Origin: a virus
Length of the DNA stretch: 64,000 nucleotides
IMG/VR virus record: IMGVR_UViG_3300022562_001344
Coordinates: 1 to 64,000 of that record
Strand: one strand, 5' to 3'
Shown: positions 9,098 to 17,173 of the stretch, one piece after another
How positions within the stretch are numbered: position 1 is the first letter of the stretch
Layout of the letters: every line of letters begins with the position of its first letter
The notes under the pieces: generated by a model
Databases searched by the model: none
What the model was told of the DNA's origin: nothing
The model's input: the letters and a program-made list of their open reading frames with translations, nothing else
Position numbers and translations under genes: made by a program

Positions 9098-9294
9098 GCC
9101 CCCAGGAGCAAGAGAAGGAAAAGGTCCTGATGCCGTGCAAGCGCGGTTCGGACAAGCTCACCCTCGGACAGAGCTGCGACAGCAAGTTCGCGTACCGTCT
9201 CTCCCCGCACGGAGCTAAGGCTCCTGCGTACAAGTGCTGCAAGTGCGGCCACGAGTGGCGCGTCCCCATCGGGGGCGAGTTCGTTGGGGCTTGA
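9094..9294 (+). CDS. Small zinc-ribbon protein
   Basis: C..C and CCKCGHEW motifs; TAGAGT upstream. Confidence 0.6.
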   Translation: MSPQEQEKEKVLMPCKRGSDKLTLGQSCDSKFAYRLSPHGAKAPAYKCCKCGHEWRVPIGGEFVGA

Positions 9295-9297
9295 CTG

Positions 9298-9537
9298 ATG
9301 TTCTTCTGCCCCCACTGCGGGGGCGGCCTTTCCCAGACGGGCTCTGCCGACCGTTTCGTCTGTCCGGACTGCCCTCGAGTGTACCAAGTCCGGGTGGAGA
9401 TCCGGGAGGTACCGGGGACACATGACTCGGATATACGGGAACCAAGGCTCCCAGGACCGGACGAGGTTCCTGCTGAGGACGGAGTCCAGGGCGAGGGTGA
9501 TAGTTCTGGCGGGCCCCTCCCACGTCGGGAAAGCTAG
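9298..9537 (+). CDS. Small zinc-ribbon protein
   Basis: CPHC...CPDC; 3' end overlaps holB by 116 nt. Confidence 0.5.
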   Translation: MFFCPHCGGGLSQTGSADRFVCPDCPRVYQVRVEIREVPGTHDSDIREPRLPGPDEVPAEDGVQGEGDSSGGPLPRRES

Positions 9538-10234
9538 CTTCGCGTCGGAGTTCTTCCTCGAGCAGCTCGAGGAGACCGACTTCTCTGTCGTTGATCACGG
9601 CGTTGCCGGCGCTCGGAACGCGGTGTCCTTCCTCTCTTCGGAGCCCTCTTTCAGTCCGTACCGGGCCGTCTTGGTTGACGGGGCCGAATCTTTGAGCGAG
9701 CCCGCACAGGATGCGTATTTGAAGCTCTGCGAAGAGCCCCCGGGGGACTCGCGCATCGTTTTCGTGACGGCGGACGAGTACTCTATGCTCCCGGCGCTCC
9801 GCTCCAGGATCCAGGAGGTCGTCCGTTGGTCTGCCCTCTCGGATGTCGACGTCTCGTCCTACGTCGCTTCGCTTGAGGGCGTCCGGGATCCGGATGCTGA
9901 GTCGATGTGCCGCGGCCGGCCCGGCCTCTACGCGGCCATGTCCGGGGACGCGGGTTTTCGCGAGCTCTCCCAGTCCGTTCTTTCCCTCGTTTCCGGACCC
10001 GCTTCCTTCGATCTCCCTGTCCCGTCCGTTATCAAGTCTCTGGAGAACAAGGCGTCTCCGAGACGCACGGCCGTGGCAGAGGTGTGCCGCGCGTCCGTCG
10101 CTGGCCTGGTCGGCGATCCGTCAAAGAGGCGAAAGTGCGCCGCCGTCCTGCGCTTTTCCGCCGTCCTGCTGCGTCATCCGTCGGCTAACGCTGAAGTTCA
10201 CTGGCAAAGGACCTCCGTTTCCTGTTCGCTGTAA
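9422..10234 (+). CDS. holB: DNA polymerase III delta' clamp-loader subunit
   Basis: LAGPSHVGK, VDGAESLSEPAQDAYLKLCEEPP, LPALRSR. Confidence 0.85.
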   Translation: MTRIYGNQGSQDRTRFLLRTESRARVIVLAGPSHVGKASFASEFFLEQLEETDFSVVDHGVAGARNAVSFLSSEPSFSPYRAVLVDGAESLSEPAQDAYLKLCEEPPGDSRIVFVTADEYSMLPALRSRIQEVVRWSALSDVDVSSYVASLEGVRDPDAESMCRGRPGLYAAMSGDAGFRELSQSVLSLVSGPASFDLPVPSVIKSLENKASPRRTAVAEVCRASVAGLVGDPSKRRKCAAVLRFSAVLLRHPSANAEVHWQRTSVSCSL

Positions 10235-10246
10235 TCTGGAGATCCA

Positions 10247-11185
10247 TTGCCAGAGTTGGTTCTGATCAACGGGGAAGAGGAGTTTTTGAAGGAGCGGGCC
10301 GCCCTTCGGGAGGCCTCTGCCTCTCTCGCGCATTCTGTCTCCAGATACTCCGAGACGGACGGGCTTTCTGACTATCTGGACGAGTCTCAGCTTGTCCCCT
10401 TGTTCGGCGCCACACGCGCTTTCGTCATTTTCGACGCGACGGCCGTCCCCGAGCTCCCGGCCGGGGACGGGGATTTTCTCATATGCGTCTCCGCCTCGAA
10501 GAAGAAGCTCCAAGACTCGAGGGCTCGTCGAACGCACAACTTTCAGAAGCTGAAGTCGTTCAGTGATAATAATGACGTTGTCAGGTGGATCCTGCAGGAG
10601 GGGGACGCTCTCAAAATTGACCTGAGCCGGGTGGCGGGTGCGCTTTTTGTGAGCAGCGGAGGGAGCCTGCGGAAGATCTTCTCTGAGATCCGGAAGCTGG
10701 CGGTTCTCGTCCCTTCCGGTGCCATAGCGTCCCCGGAGGTGGCCAGGTCTGTTTTGTGCTTTTCTGCGGAACTGACGCCGAAGAGCGTCATCGATGCGAT
10801 ATGCGAAGGAAACCCGGTCAAAGCGCTGACCTTCTACGACAAGCTCCAGGAAGGGGCGGACGAGACCGGGTGGGTCATAGCCTTTCTCCAGAGGCACGTC
10901 CTTCGCCAGCTTCGTCTCGCGTCCCTGGCCAAGGAGGGTCTGGATTCGGACGAGATCGCGTCCCGTCTCGGGGTGCATCCGTTCGTCTTCAGGAAGTTCC
11001 ACGAGCCTATGTTGGGCTTGTGGTCCCCGAGTTCTTTGGCCGAGAGCGCCGAGACGCTAGGGGATCTGGACGTCCTTCACAAGGGAGGGAGGGCGTCCGC
11101 GCGCGTCGGCCTGGAACTGGAGATCGTTCGTCTGTCTGAGGAGGCTAGAGAGAATGTCGAACAGCGTGGCAGCGGCCGTTTCTGA
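10247..11185 (+). CDS. holA: DNA polymerase III delta clamp-loader subunit
   Basis: LVLINGEEEFLK N-terminus, SEIRKL, IASRLGVHPF, LELEIVRL. Confidence 0.82.
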   Translation: MPELVLINGEEEFLKERAALREASASLAHSVSRYSETDGLSDYLDESQLVPLFGATRAFVIFDATAVPELPAGDGDFLICVSASKKKLQDSRARRTHNFQKLKSFSDNNDVVRWILQEGDALKIDLSRVAGALFVSSGGSLRKIFSEIRKLAVLVPSGAIASPEVARSVLCFSAELTPKSVIDAICEGNPVKALTFYDKLQEGADETGWVIAFLQRHVLRQLRLASLAKEGLDSDEIASRLGVHPFVFRKFHEPMLGLWSPSSLAESAETLGDLDVLHKGGRASARVGLELEIVRLSEEARENVEQRGSGRF

Positions 11186-13967
11186 AGCTAAGTCCCCCGG
11201 GATCGCAACCCTCGAGCAGGTCGCCGGGCGGCTTCCAGCCGAGGGGAAGGACGCTGGGCGCTGGAAGAGGGTCTACACCAGGGAGGGGATCCATCCGTTC
11301 GACGAAATTGAGTGGAAGCGCGTCGATGCCAAGATCGTCGGCCCTGACGGCGATGTCAAGTTCGAGCAGAAGGGTGTCGAGGTCCCCGCCTTCTGGAACC
11401 AGACGACCGTGAACGTCGTCGTGAACAAATATTTCCGGATGATCGACGGGATCAAGGAGACGTCCGCCAAGCAGATGTTCTCCAGGGTCGCCTCCACCGT
11501 CCGGCAGTGGGCCGAGGAGCAGAACTACTTCAACACGCCGGCGGACGCGGAGGTCTACGAGCACGAGCTCGTCTATGCCCTCCTCACGCAGCGTGGCGCC
11601 TTCAACTCCCCGGTCTGGTTCAACCTCGGCGTCCCCGGACGCCGTCAAGCCGCCTCGGCCTGCTTCATCTCCGGGGTCGAGGACACGCTCGACTCCATCA
11701 TGGACTTTGCGAAGTCGGAGAAGGTCATTTTCGCCGGCGGCTCCGGATCGGGGGCCAACATGTCGAAGATCAGGTCCTCGTACGAGAAGCTCTCGTCCGG
11801 GGCCTACGTGTGTGGGCCGGTTGGGTGGATGGAAGAGCTCGACAAGGGCGCCAAGGCCATGAAGTCCGGCGGGTCGACCCGCAACGCGGCCAAGATGGTC
11901 GTGCTCGACATGGACCATCCAGATATCCTCGAGACGAAGGACGGGCGCCCCGGGTTCATTCGGTGCAAGGCGGTCGAGGAGAAGCGTGCCCACGATCTCA
12001 TCGACATCGGATACAGCGCCGCTTACGACGACCCGAATTCCGCGTACAAGTGGGTCTCGTTTCAGAACGCGAATCACTCCGTCAGCATCCCGGACGCCTT
12101 CATGGAGGCCGTCAGGAATGACGACGTCTGGTACACTCACGAGCGTGTTGGGGGAAGGCCCGTCAGCCAGTACAGGGCGCGAGAGCTCTGGGAGGAGATT
12201 GCCAAGGCCGCATGGTTTTGCGGAGATCCTGGCGTCCAGTTCACGGATACGATCAACAAGTGGCACACGACGCCGAACGCTGGACGCATCAATTCGTCCA
12301 ATCCGTGCTCGGAGTTTCTCCACGTCGACAACACGGCCTGCAATCTCTGCGCCGTGAATCTGACCAAGTTCTTCGACGGACGCACGCTCAACGTCCAGGA
12401 CTTTGAGCATGCGATCCGCCTCTTCGTCACGGCTCAGAATGCCATCGTTGCGAAGGCCGACTATCCGACGGACTCCATCAGGGAAAATTCTCTGGCCCTC
12501 CGCCCCATCGGCCTGAACTACGGCGATCTCGGCGCCTTGCTCATGAAGCTTGGCTATGGCTACGACTCCGACGGGGGGAGGGCTATCGCCGCAAGGCTCG
12601 CAAGCCTCATGACCGCCTTCGCTTACCTGACCTCCGCGAAGCTCGCGGCCCGGGTCGGTCCGTTCCCGGAGTTCAAGAACAACCGGGACGAGATGATCAA
12701 CATCATGGAAATGCACCAGAAGGCGGACTCCAAGATCCTTGGCACCTGGTCCCAGGAGTCTGACCCCCTCGGCAACGACGTGATGAGCCGAAGTAGGGAG
12801 GCGTGGGCGGAGGTCATCCGCCTTGGCTCGAAGTTCGGGTACTCGATATCCCAGGCCACGCTTCAGGCCCCCCTCGGGACCATCTCATTCCTCATGGGCA
12901 TGGACACGACCGGGATCGAGCCTTGTTTCTCGCTCGTCTCCTACAAGTCGCTCGTCGGCGGCGGGTTCGAGAAGCTTACGAACGGGTCTGTCCGTGCCTC
13001 CCTCTCTGCGCTCGGGTATCCGGACGCCACGGTCGACGCGATTTGCACCTACATGCAGGACCACGATTTCATCGAGGGGGCCCCGGGCTTCCGTGCTGAG
13101 CACCTTCCGATCTTCGACTGCGCGATGCCGCTTGGTCCCTCCAAGCGGTGTCTCTCACCCCTCGCTCACCTGAAGATGATGGCGGCCATCCAGCCCCTCA
13201 TCACATGTGCTCAGAGCAAGACTGTGAACATGCCGCCGGAGACGACGCCGGAGGAGATCGCCGACACGTACATGAAGGGGTGGGAGCTCGGGCTGAAGTG
13301 CATCGCTCTCTACAGGGATGGATGTAAAAAGTCTCAGCCCCTCGCCACGAAGAAGCGCTCGGACGAGCAGCTCGAGAAGAACGGCGATCCGTACAGGACC
13401 GCGGCTGTGGTCGAGGTCCGTGAGGTCGTCCGTGAGGTCACGAAGCGCAGACATATGCCGGAGGACTGCGTCGGCCGGAGGCACCGCTTCGAGATCAACG
13501 GCCACAAGGGCTACATCATCGTCAACGAGTTCCCGGATGGGACGCCCGGCGAGGTCTTCCTCAGGCTCGGAAAGAGCGGGTCGACGATGGAGGGCACGAT
13601 CAACGGGTTCACGCAGCTCCTGAGCATTGCCCTGCAGTACGGGGTCCCCCTCGACAAACTCATTCGCAGCTTCGTGAACACCCGCTTCGACCCCTCGGGC
13701 TTCACCAGGAACCCGAAGATCCGGATGGCCCAGAGCATCTTCGACTACCTGTTCAAGCACCTGGACCTCATGTACTATGGTGGGGAGCACTCGGGTCTCG
13801 ACCACCGGCTCGACTCGGTGGTCCCTCCCCCTCCTCCCTCCTCGGACTCCGAGCCCCCGAGCCTCTCCCTGGATGCTCCTCCCTGCCCGAACTGTGGCGG
13901 TATCACGAGGCGGAACGGATCCTGCTACTTGTGTGACACGTGCGGTAGCAGCACCGGCTGTAGCTAA
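11154..13967 (+). CDS. nrdJ: Class II (B12-dependent) ribonucleotide reductase
   Basis: FNSPVWFN, SACFI, SSNPCSEF, CNL, APLGTISF, TTGIEP, SKTVNMP, YRDG; C-terminal TSCPD-like domain and CPNC..CDTCGSSTGCS ribbon. Confidence 0.95.
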   Translation: MSNSVAAAVSEAKSPGIATLEQVAGRLPAEGKDAGRWKRVYTREGIHPFDEIEWKRVDAKIVGPDGDVKFEQKGVEVPAFWNQTTVNVVVNKYFRMIDGIKETSAKQMFSRVASTVRQWAEEQNYFNTPADAEVYEHELVYALLTQRGAFNSPVWFNLGVPGRRQAASACFISGVEDTLDSIMDFAKSEKVIFAGGSGSGANMSKIRSSYEKLSSGAYVCGPVGWMEELDKGAKAMKSGGSTRNAAKMVVLDMDHPDILETKDGRPGFIRCKAVEEKRAHDLIDIGYSAAYDDPNSAYKWVSFQNANHSVSIPDAFMEAVRNDDVWYTHERVGGRPVSQYRARELWEEIAKAAWFCGDPGVQFTDTINKWHTTPNAGRINSSNPCSEFLHVDNTACNLCAVNLTKFFDGRTLNVQDFEHAIRLFVTAQNAIVAKADYPTDSIRENSLALRPIGLNYGDLGALLMKLGYGYDSDGGRAIAARLASLMTAFAYLTSAKLAARVGPFPEFKNNRDEMINIMEMHQKADSKILGTWSQESDPLGNDVMSRSREAWAEVIRLGSKFGYSISQATLQAPLGTISFLMGMDTTGIEPCFSLVSYKSLVGGGFEKLTNGSVRASLSALGYPDATVDAICTYMQDHDFIEGAPGFRAEHLPIFDCAMPLGPSKRCLSPLAHLKMMAAIQPLITCAQSKTVNMPPETTPEEIADTYMKGWELGLKCIALYRDGCKKSQPLATKKRSDEQLEKNGDPYRTAAVVEVREVVREVTKRRHMPEDCVGRRHRFEINGHKGYIIVNEFPDGTPGEVFLRLGKSGSTMEGTINGFTQLLSIALQYGVPLDKLIRSFVNTRFDPSGFTRNPKIRMAQSIFDYLFKHLDLMYYGGEHSGLDHRLDSVVPPPPPSSDSEPPSLSLDAPPCPNCGGITRRNGSCYLCDTCGSSTGCS

Positions 13968-14075
13968 TGTCCGGGCCGGGCCGAAGTTCGGGAACAGAGT
14001 CAGGTTGAACCTGGCGATGCCAGGTTCATGGGCCGTGCTACGGTCCGGCCTCCGGCATTTCCGGTAGCGTGGTCC

Positions 14076-14369
14076 GTGCCGAACAAGTATGACAACGAGA
14101 GGGACCGGTACGCTCATGGCTTTGACGCTGGGAACATCGTCGACGGGGAGGTCGTCCTGGACGAGGCTACCGGACGTTTCGTTCTCGTTGACGAGGACGG
14201 TGTCGGGTTCGACCCTCAGGTCGTTCTGCAGCGCCTTGTCGGGAAGAAGGTTCGTATGACCATTGTGTCCTTCGAGTCTCTCATCGAGCTCGAGGATATG
14301 TATGAGGCTTCCCAACAGGCTGGGCCTGTCCTCGTCGAGGTTCCTCCGTCCGGCGAGGAAGACAAATAA
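14076..14369 (+). CDS. Hypothetical protein
   Basis: TAGCGT + 5 nt + GTG; acidic 97 aa. Confidence 0.6.
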   Translation: MPNKYDNERDRYAHGFDAGNIVDGEVVLDEATGRFVLVDEDGVGFDPQVVLQRLVGKKVRMTIVSFESLIELEDMYEASQQAGPVLVEVPPSGEEDK

Positions 14370-14644
14370 TGTCAACTCCGTTCATTAGGTGCAAACTCTG
14401 GAACCCCGAGAAACCAGGCATCTCCGGTCCGGACGTCACCTTCCATCGCCATGACGTCGTTGCCGTCAGCCAGACGGATCACGATTTCAAGCTCGGGTAC
14501 TGGCGGTCCCGTGTGTACCTCAGGGACGGATCGCAGATCGTCGTCGACGACGACTTCAGCATCGTCGAGCGTTGGTATTTGGATGCTACGCCGCTTCCAG
14601 GTCCAGGTTTCGCTCGATATACGGAATCACGTCGTTCCGCCTAG
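14369..14644 (+). CDS. Hypothetical protein
   Basis: Coupled TAATG junction; converges on the ligase N-half. Confidence 0.55.
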   Translation: MSTPFIRCKLWNPEKPGISGPDVTFHRHDVVAVSQTDHDFKLGYWRSRVYLRDGSQIVVDDDFSIVERWYLDATPLPGPGFARYTESRRSA

Positions 14645-15698
14645 AGACTAGGACGCGGCAGCCCGGGAAGAGCGCCAGGTCCTTGAAGAGCGCCAGGTTG
14701 TGGAGCGACACGCTCGTGATCGTCACGCCTCCGACGGACACTGGCTCTACGTTCGCTACCGGCGTGATGCGCCCGGTTGGCCCGACCTGCCACCGGACGT
14801 CGATCACTTTCGTGATCCCCATTGCCGGGTCGAATTTCCACGCGCGCTGGCCGCGCGGACGCAGATTATGGTCCCCGAGCTCCTCTTGTGCTGCGATATC
14901 CTCGAGACGGACCACGGTTCCGTCTATCTCGTAGGGGATGGAGTCTCGTTTCTCCTCGGTCGCCTTGTGCCATGCTTTGACTGCATCGAGGCCCCCAGTC
15001 ACGTACTCGGGGACGGTGAACCCCATCTTCTCGAGGGCTTTGAAGCACTGTGACTCCCTCTTCGGGGCCGACGGTGACGCGACGGTGAAGGCGATGAAGG
15101 ACAGGTTCGCGCAGTCTGCTCCCCCTCCTTTCTTGTCCCTGACCTTCCCGGCGGCCGTGTTCCTCGGGTTCGCGTACTTCTCTGAGTACAGCTTCTCGAA
15201 CACGGCCTTCGGCATTACGACCTCGCCCCTCACGAGTACGACCTCGTGGGTGATCGGGATCTCTGACGGGACGTCCGGGACCTGGGATACGTTCGTGGTT
15301 ACGTCCTCCCCGATCGTTCCGTCCCCGCGCGTCACACATCGGACGAGCTTCCCTCCTGAGTACACGAGCTCCATGGAGGATCCGTCGATCTTGTGCGTGA
15401 TCAAGAACTCGGAAGCCCCGACCTTCTCAACCCATTCCGTGAACTCTTCCTCCGAGTTCACTTTGTCCAAGGACCCCATCGGGATCTCGTGCTTCACCTT
15501 CTCCCAGACCGAGAGCTGTGGGGGCGGCGCCCCGACGACGGCGAAGTCCTCGTCGTCCGGACTCAGCTCTCTGAGTCTTTCCCCGAGGGCGTCGTACTCT
15601 TGGTCTGACATGATCGGGCAGAGGTTGTAGTAGGCGTCTCTGGCAGCCTTCCTCTTGGCCCGTATCTCCTCTATCTCTCTCCTGACTTCGTCGTCCAC
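14586..15698 (-). CDS. ligA: NAD-dependent DNA ligase, N-terminal half (Ia, adenylation and OB domains)
   Basis: AYYN..MSDQEYDAL, KHEIPMGSL, KIDG, TRGDG.GEDVT, VRGEV, NPRN, YEIDG, WQVGPTGRITPVA, RRNDVIP then stop; TAACCT + 5 nt + GTG. Confidence 0.92.
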   Translation of the reverse strand: MDDEVRREIEEIRAKRKAARDAYYNLCPIMSDQEYDALGERLRELSPDDEDFAVVGAPPPQLSVWEKVKHEIPMGSLDKVNSEEEFTEWVEKVGASEFLITHKIDGSSMELVYSGGKLVRCVTRGDGTIGEDVTTNVSQVPDVPSEIPITHEVVLVRGEVVMPKAVFEKLYSEKYANPRNTAAGKVRDKKGGGADCANLSFIAFTVASPSAPKRESQCFKALEKMGFTVPEYVTGGLDAVKAWHKATEEKRDSIPYEIDGTVVRLEDIAAQEELGDHNLRPRGQRAWKFDPAMGITKVIDVRWQVGPTGRITPVANVEPVSVGGVTITSVSLHNLALFKDLALFPGCRVLVSRRNDVIPYIERNLDLEAA

Positions 15699-15757
15699 GC
15701 GATAGGTTACAGTCCGGCCGGACTGTGTACATAGCCCTTTGGTGCCCCCCGGACCAT

Positions 15758-16303
15758 GTGACTCCTCCCGACTCAAGGTTTTCGAGGACTGCCTCTGACG
15801 TCGCCGCTGCGTGCGAGGGGAGGTTCCCGACCCGTCGGACCCACTTCGCCGCCGTCGCCTCGGAGGTGGAGCGCGTCCTGTCCCTCAAGTATCGCCTCGC
15901 GCTCGATGACCGCGACCAGGAGTGGCAGAGGGTCAATTCCTATCTCGCGGACGTCCTCAAGGACACACATGTCCTGTACGCGAAGCTCGCACGCCTCCAG
16001 GGCGACTTCGTCGGTCCCGAGCTCTCCGAGCTCGAGAAGATCTCAGAGAAGGTGCTCGACCTCGGCGAGGAGCTCTCCAGGTTCATGAAGGCGTTCCACG
16101 AGGGCGATGCCTCCATGTTCAAACAGAAGGTGTTCGGCGGCGAGCCCGGCGAGCCGGTGCCCGGCGAGACCCCTCCCGCTCCTCCGGAGCGCTTCGAGGA
16201 GGACTACGAGTCCGAGATCCGTGCCGAAGAGGACGGGGAGCTCTCGGAGTTCGAGGAGGTTGGGGCCGAGGAAGCCCCGGCTGAGAGCGAAGAAGCCGCC
16301 TGA
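15758..16303 (+). CDS. Acidic helical protein with RTAS motif, between the ligase halves; putative late/virion protein
   Basis: TAGCCCTTT motif 26 nt upstream; SRTAS near the N-terminus; Glu-rich tail. Confidence 0.65.
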   Translation: MTPPDSRFSRTASDVAAACEGRFPTRRTHFAAVASEVERVLSLKYRLALDDRDQEWQRVNSYLADVLKDTHVLYAKLARLQGDFVGPELSELEKISEKVLDLGEELSRFMKAFHEGDASMFKQKVFGGEPGEPVPGETPPAPPERFEEDYESEIRAEEDGELSEFEEVGAEEAPAESEEAA

Positions 16304-16338
16304 CGTAGGGAGAGGGCCTTCGGTCTGTACTCTCCCGT

Positions 16339-17142
16339 ATGGGCGATCCCGCGCTGTTTTTGATTCCGGAGTTCTGCCCGGTCTGCTCCGGGCCGACCGT
16401 CGTCTCCGGCGACTTCCTATACTGCAAGTCTGACGGCTGCCCGTCGCGGCTCTCCGGTGCCGTGAAGGTCTGGATCCGGAACTTCGGGCTCTTGCACTGG
16501 GGGGACGCCATGATCGAGTCCTTGACCGCCGAGGACCGTCGGATGGTCGGCTCCGTCGCCGACCTCTACAGGCTGTCCGTCGAGGATCTGGCCGAGTGTT
16601 GTTCTGGGACGAAGATGGCCAAGAAGTGCTATTCCGTCCTGCACGCGAACAAGTCCGTCCCCCTTGACCTCGTCCTCGCTTCCCTCAACATCCCGAACTT
16701 CGGGCTCTCTACCGCGTCCGATGTGGTGCGAGCCGGCTTCGACACGGTGGATAAGGTCCTCGGAGCCGGCTTCGATGAGCTCAAATCCGTCCCGAACGTC
16801 GGGGACAAGACCGCGAGGCAGATTCAGGAGGGCCTGGTTGCCTGCCGGGAGGTCCTGCTGGACCTGGAGACGGTCCTCGACATTCGCCCGCCGGGCGGCG
16901 GGCCTCTTCAGGGTAAGACGGTGTGCATCACCGGAGAACTGTCGAAGCCGAGGAAGGCCGTGGAAAAGATGATCATGGACGCGGGAGGTTCCCCGAAGGG
17001 GTCTGTCTCCAAGGACACGTCCTATCTCGTGACGAACGACTCGAGCACTACTTCTTCGAAGATGGAAAAGGCCAAGAAGTACGGGATCCCGGTCATCGAC
17101 GAGGCCGGCTTGATGCTCTTGCTCGCCCCGGAGAGCCCTTAG
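16339..17142 (+). CDS. ligA: NAD-dependent DNA ligase, C-terminal half (Zn finger, HhH, BRCT)
   Basis: PEFCPVC...YCKSDGC, SVADLY, LNIPNFG, VPNVG, GKTVCITG...SVSKDTSYLV...KAKKYGIPVIDE; TACTCT + 5 nt + ATG. Confidence 0.92.
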   Translation: MGDPALFLIPEFCPVCSGPTVVSGDFLYCKSDGCPSRLSGAVKVWIRNFGLLHWGDAMIESLTAEDRRMVGSVADLYRLSVEDLAECCSGTKMAKKCYSVLHANKSVPLDLVLASLNIPNFGLSTASDVVRAGFDTVDKVLGAGFDELKSVPNVGDKTARQIQEGLVACREVLLDLETVLDIRPPGGGPLQGKTVCITGELSKPRKAVEKMIMDAGGSPKGSVSKDTSYLVTNDSSTTSSKMEKAKKYGIPVIDEAGLMLLLAPESP

Positions 17143-17173
17143 ACCGCTTCTGGATGTAATCTTCGCGAGGTCC

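Noticed and set aside
11145-12716. Long antisense ORFs (also 7492-8802, 44956-46185, 46198-47916 and others)
   Set aside because: Shadow frames of high-GC genes on the opposite strand, with no motifs of their own
14586-17142. Split intein or intron joining the ligase halves
   Set aside because: No intein terminal residues or extra domains at the break, and the halves are on opposite strands
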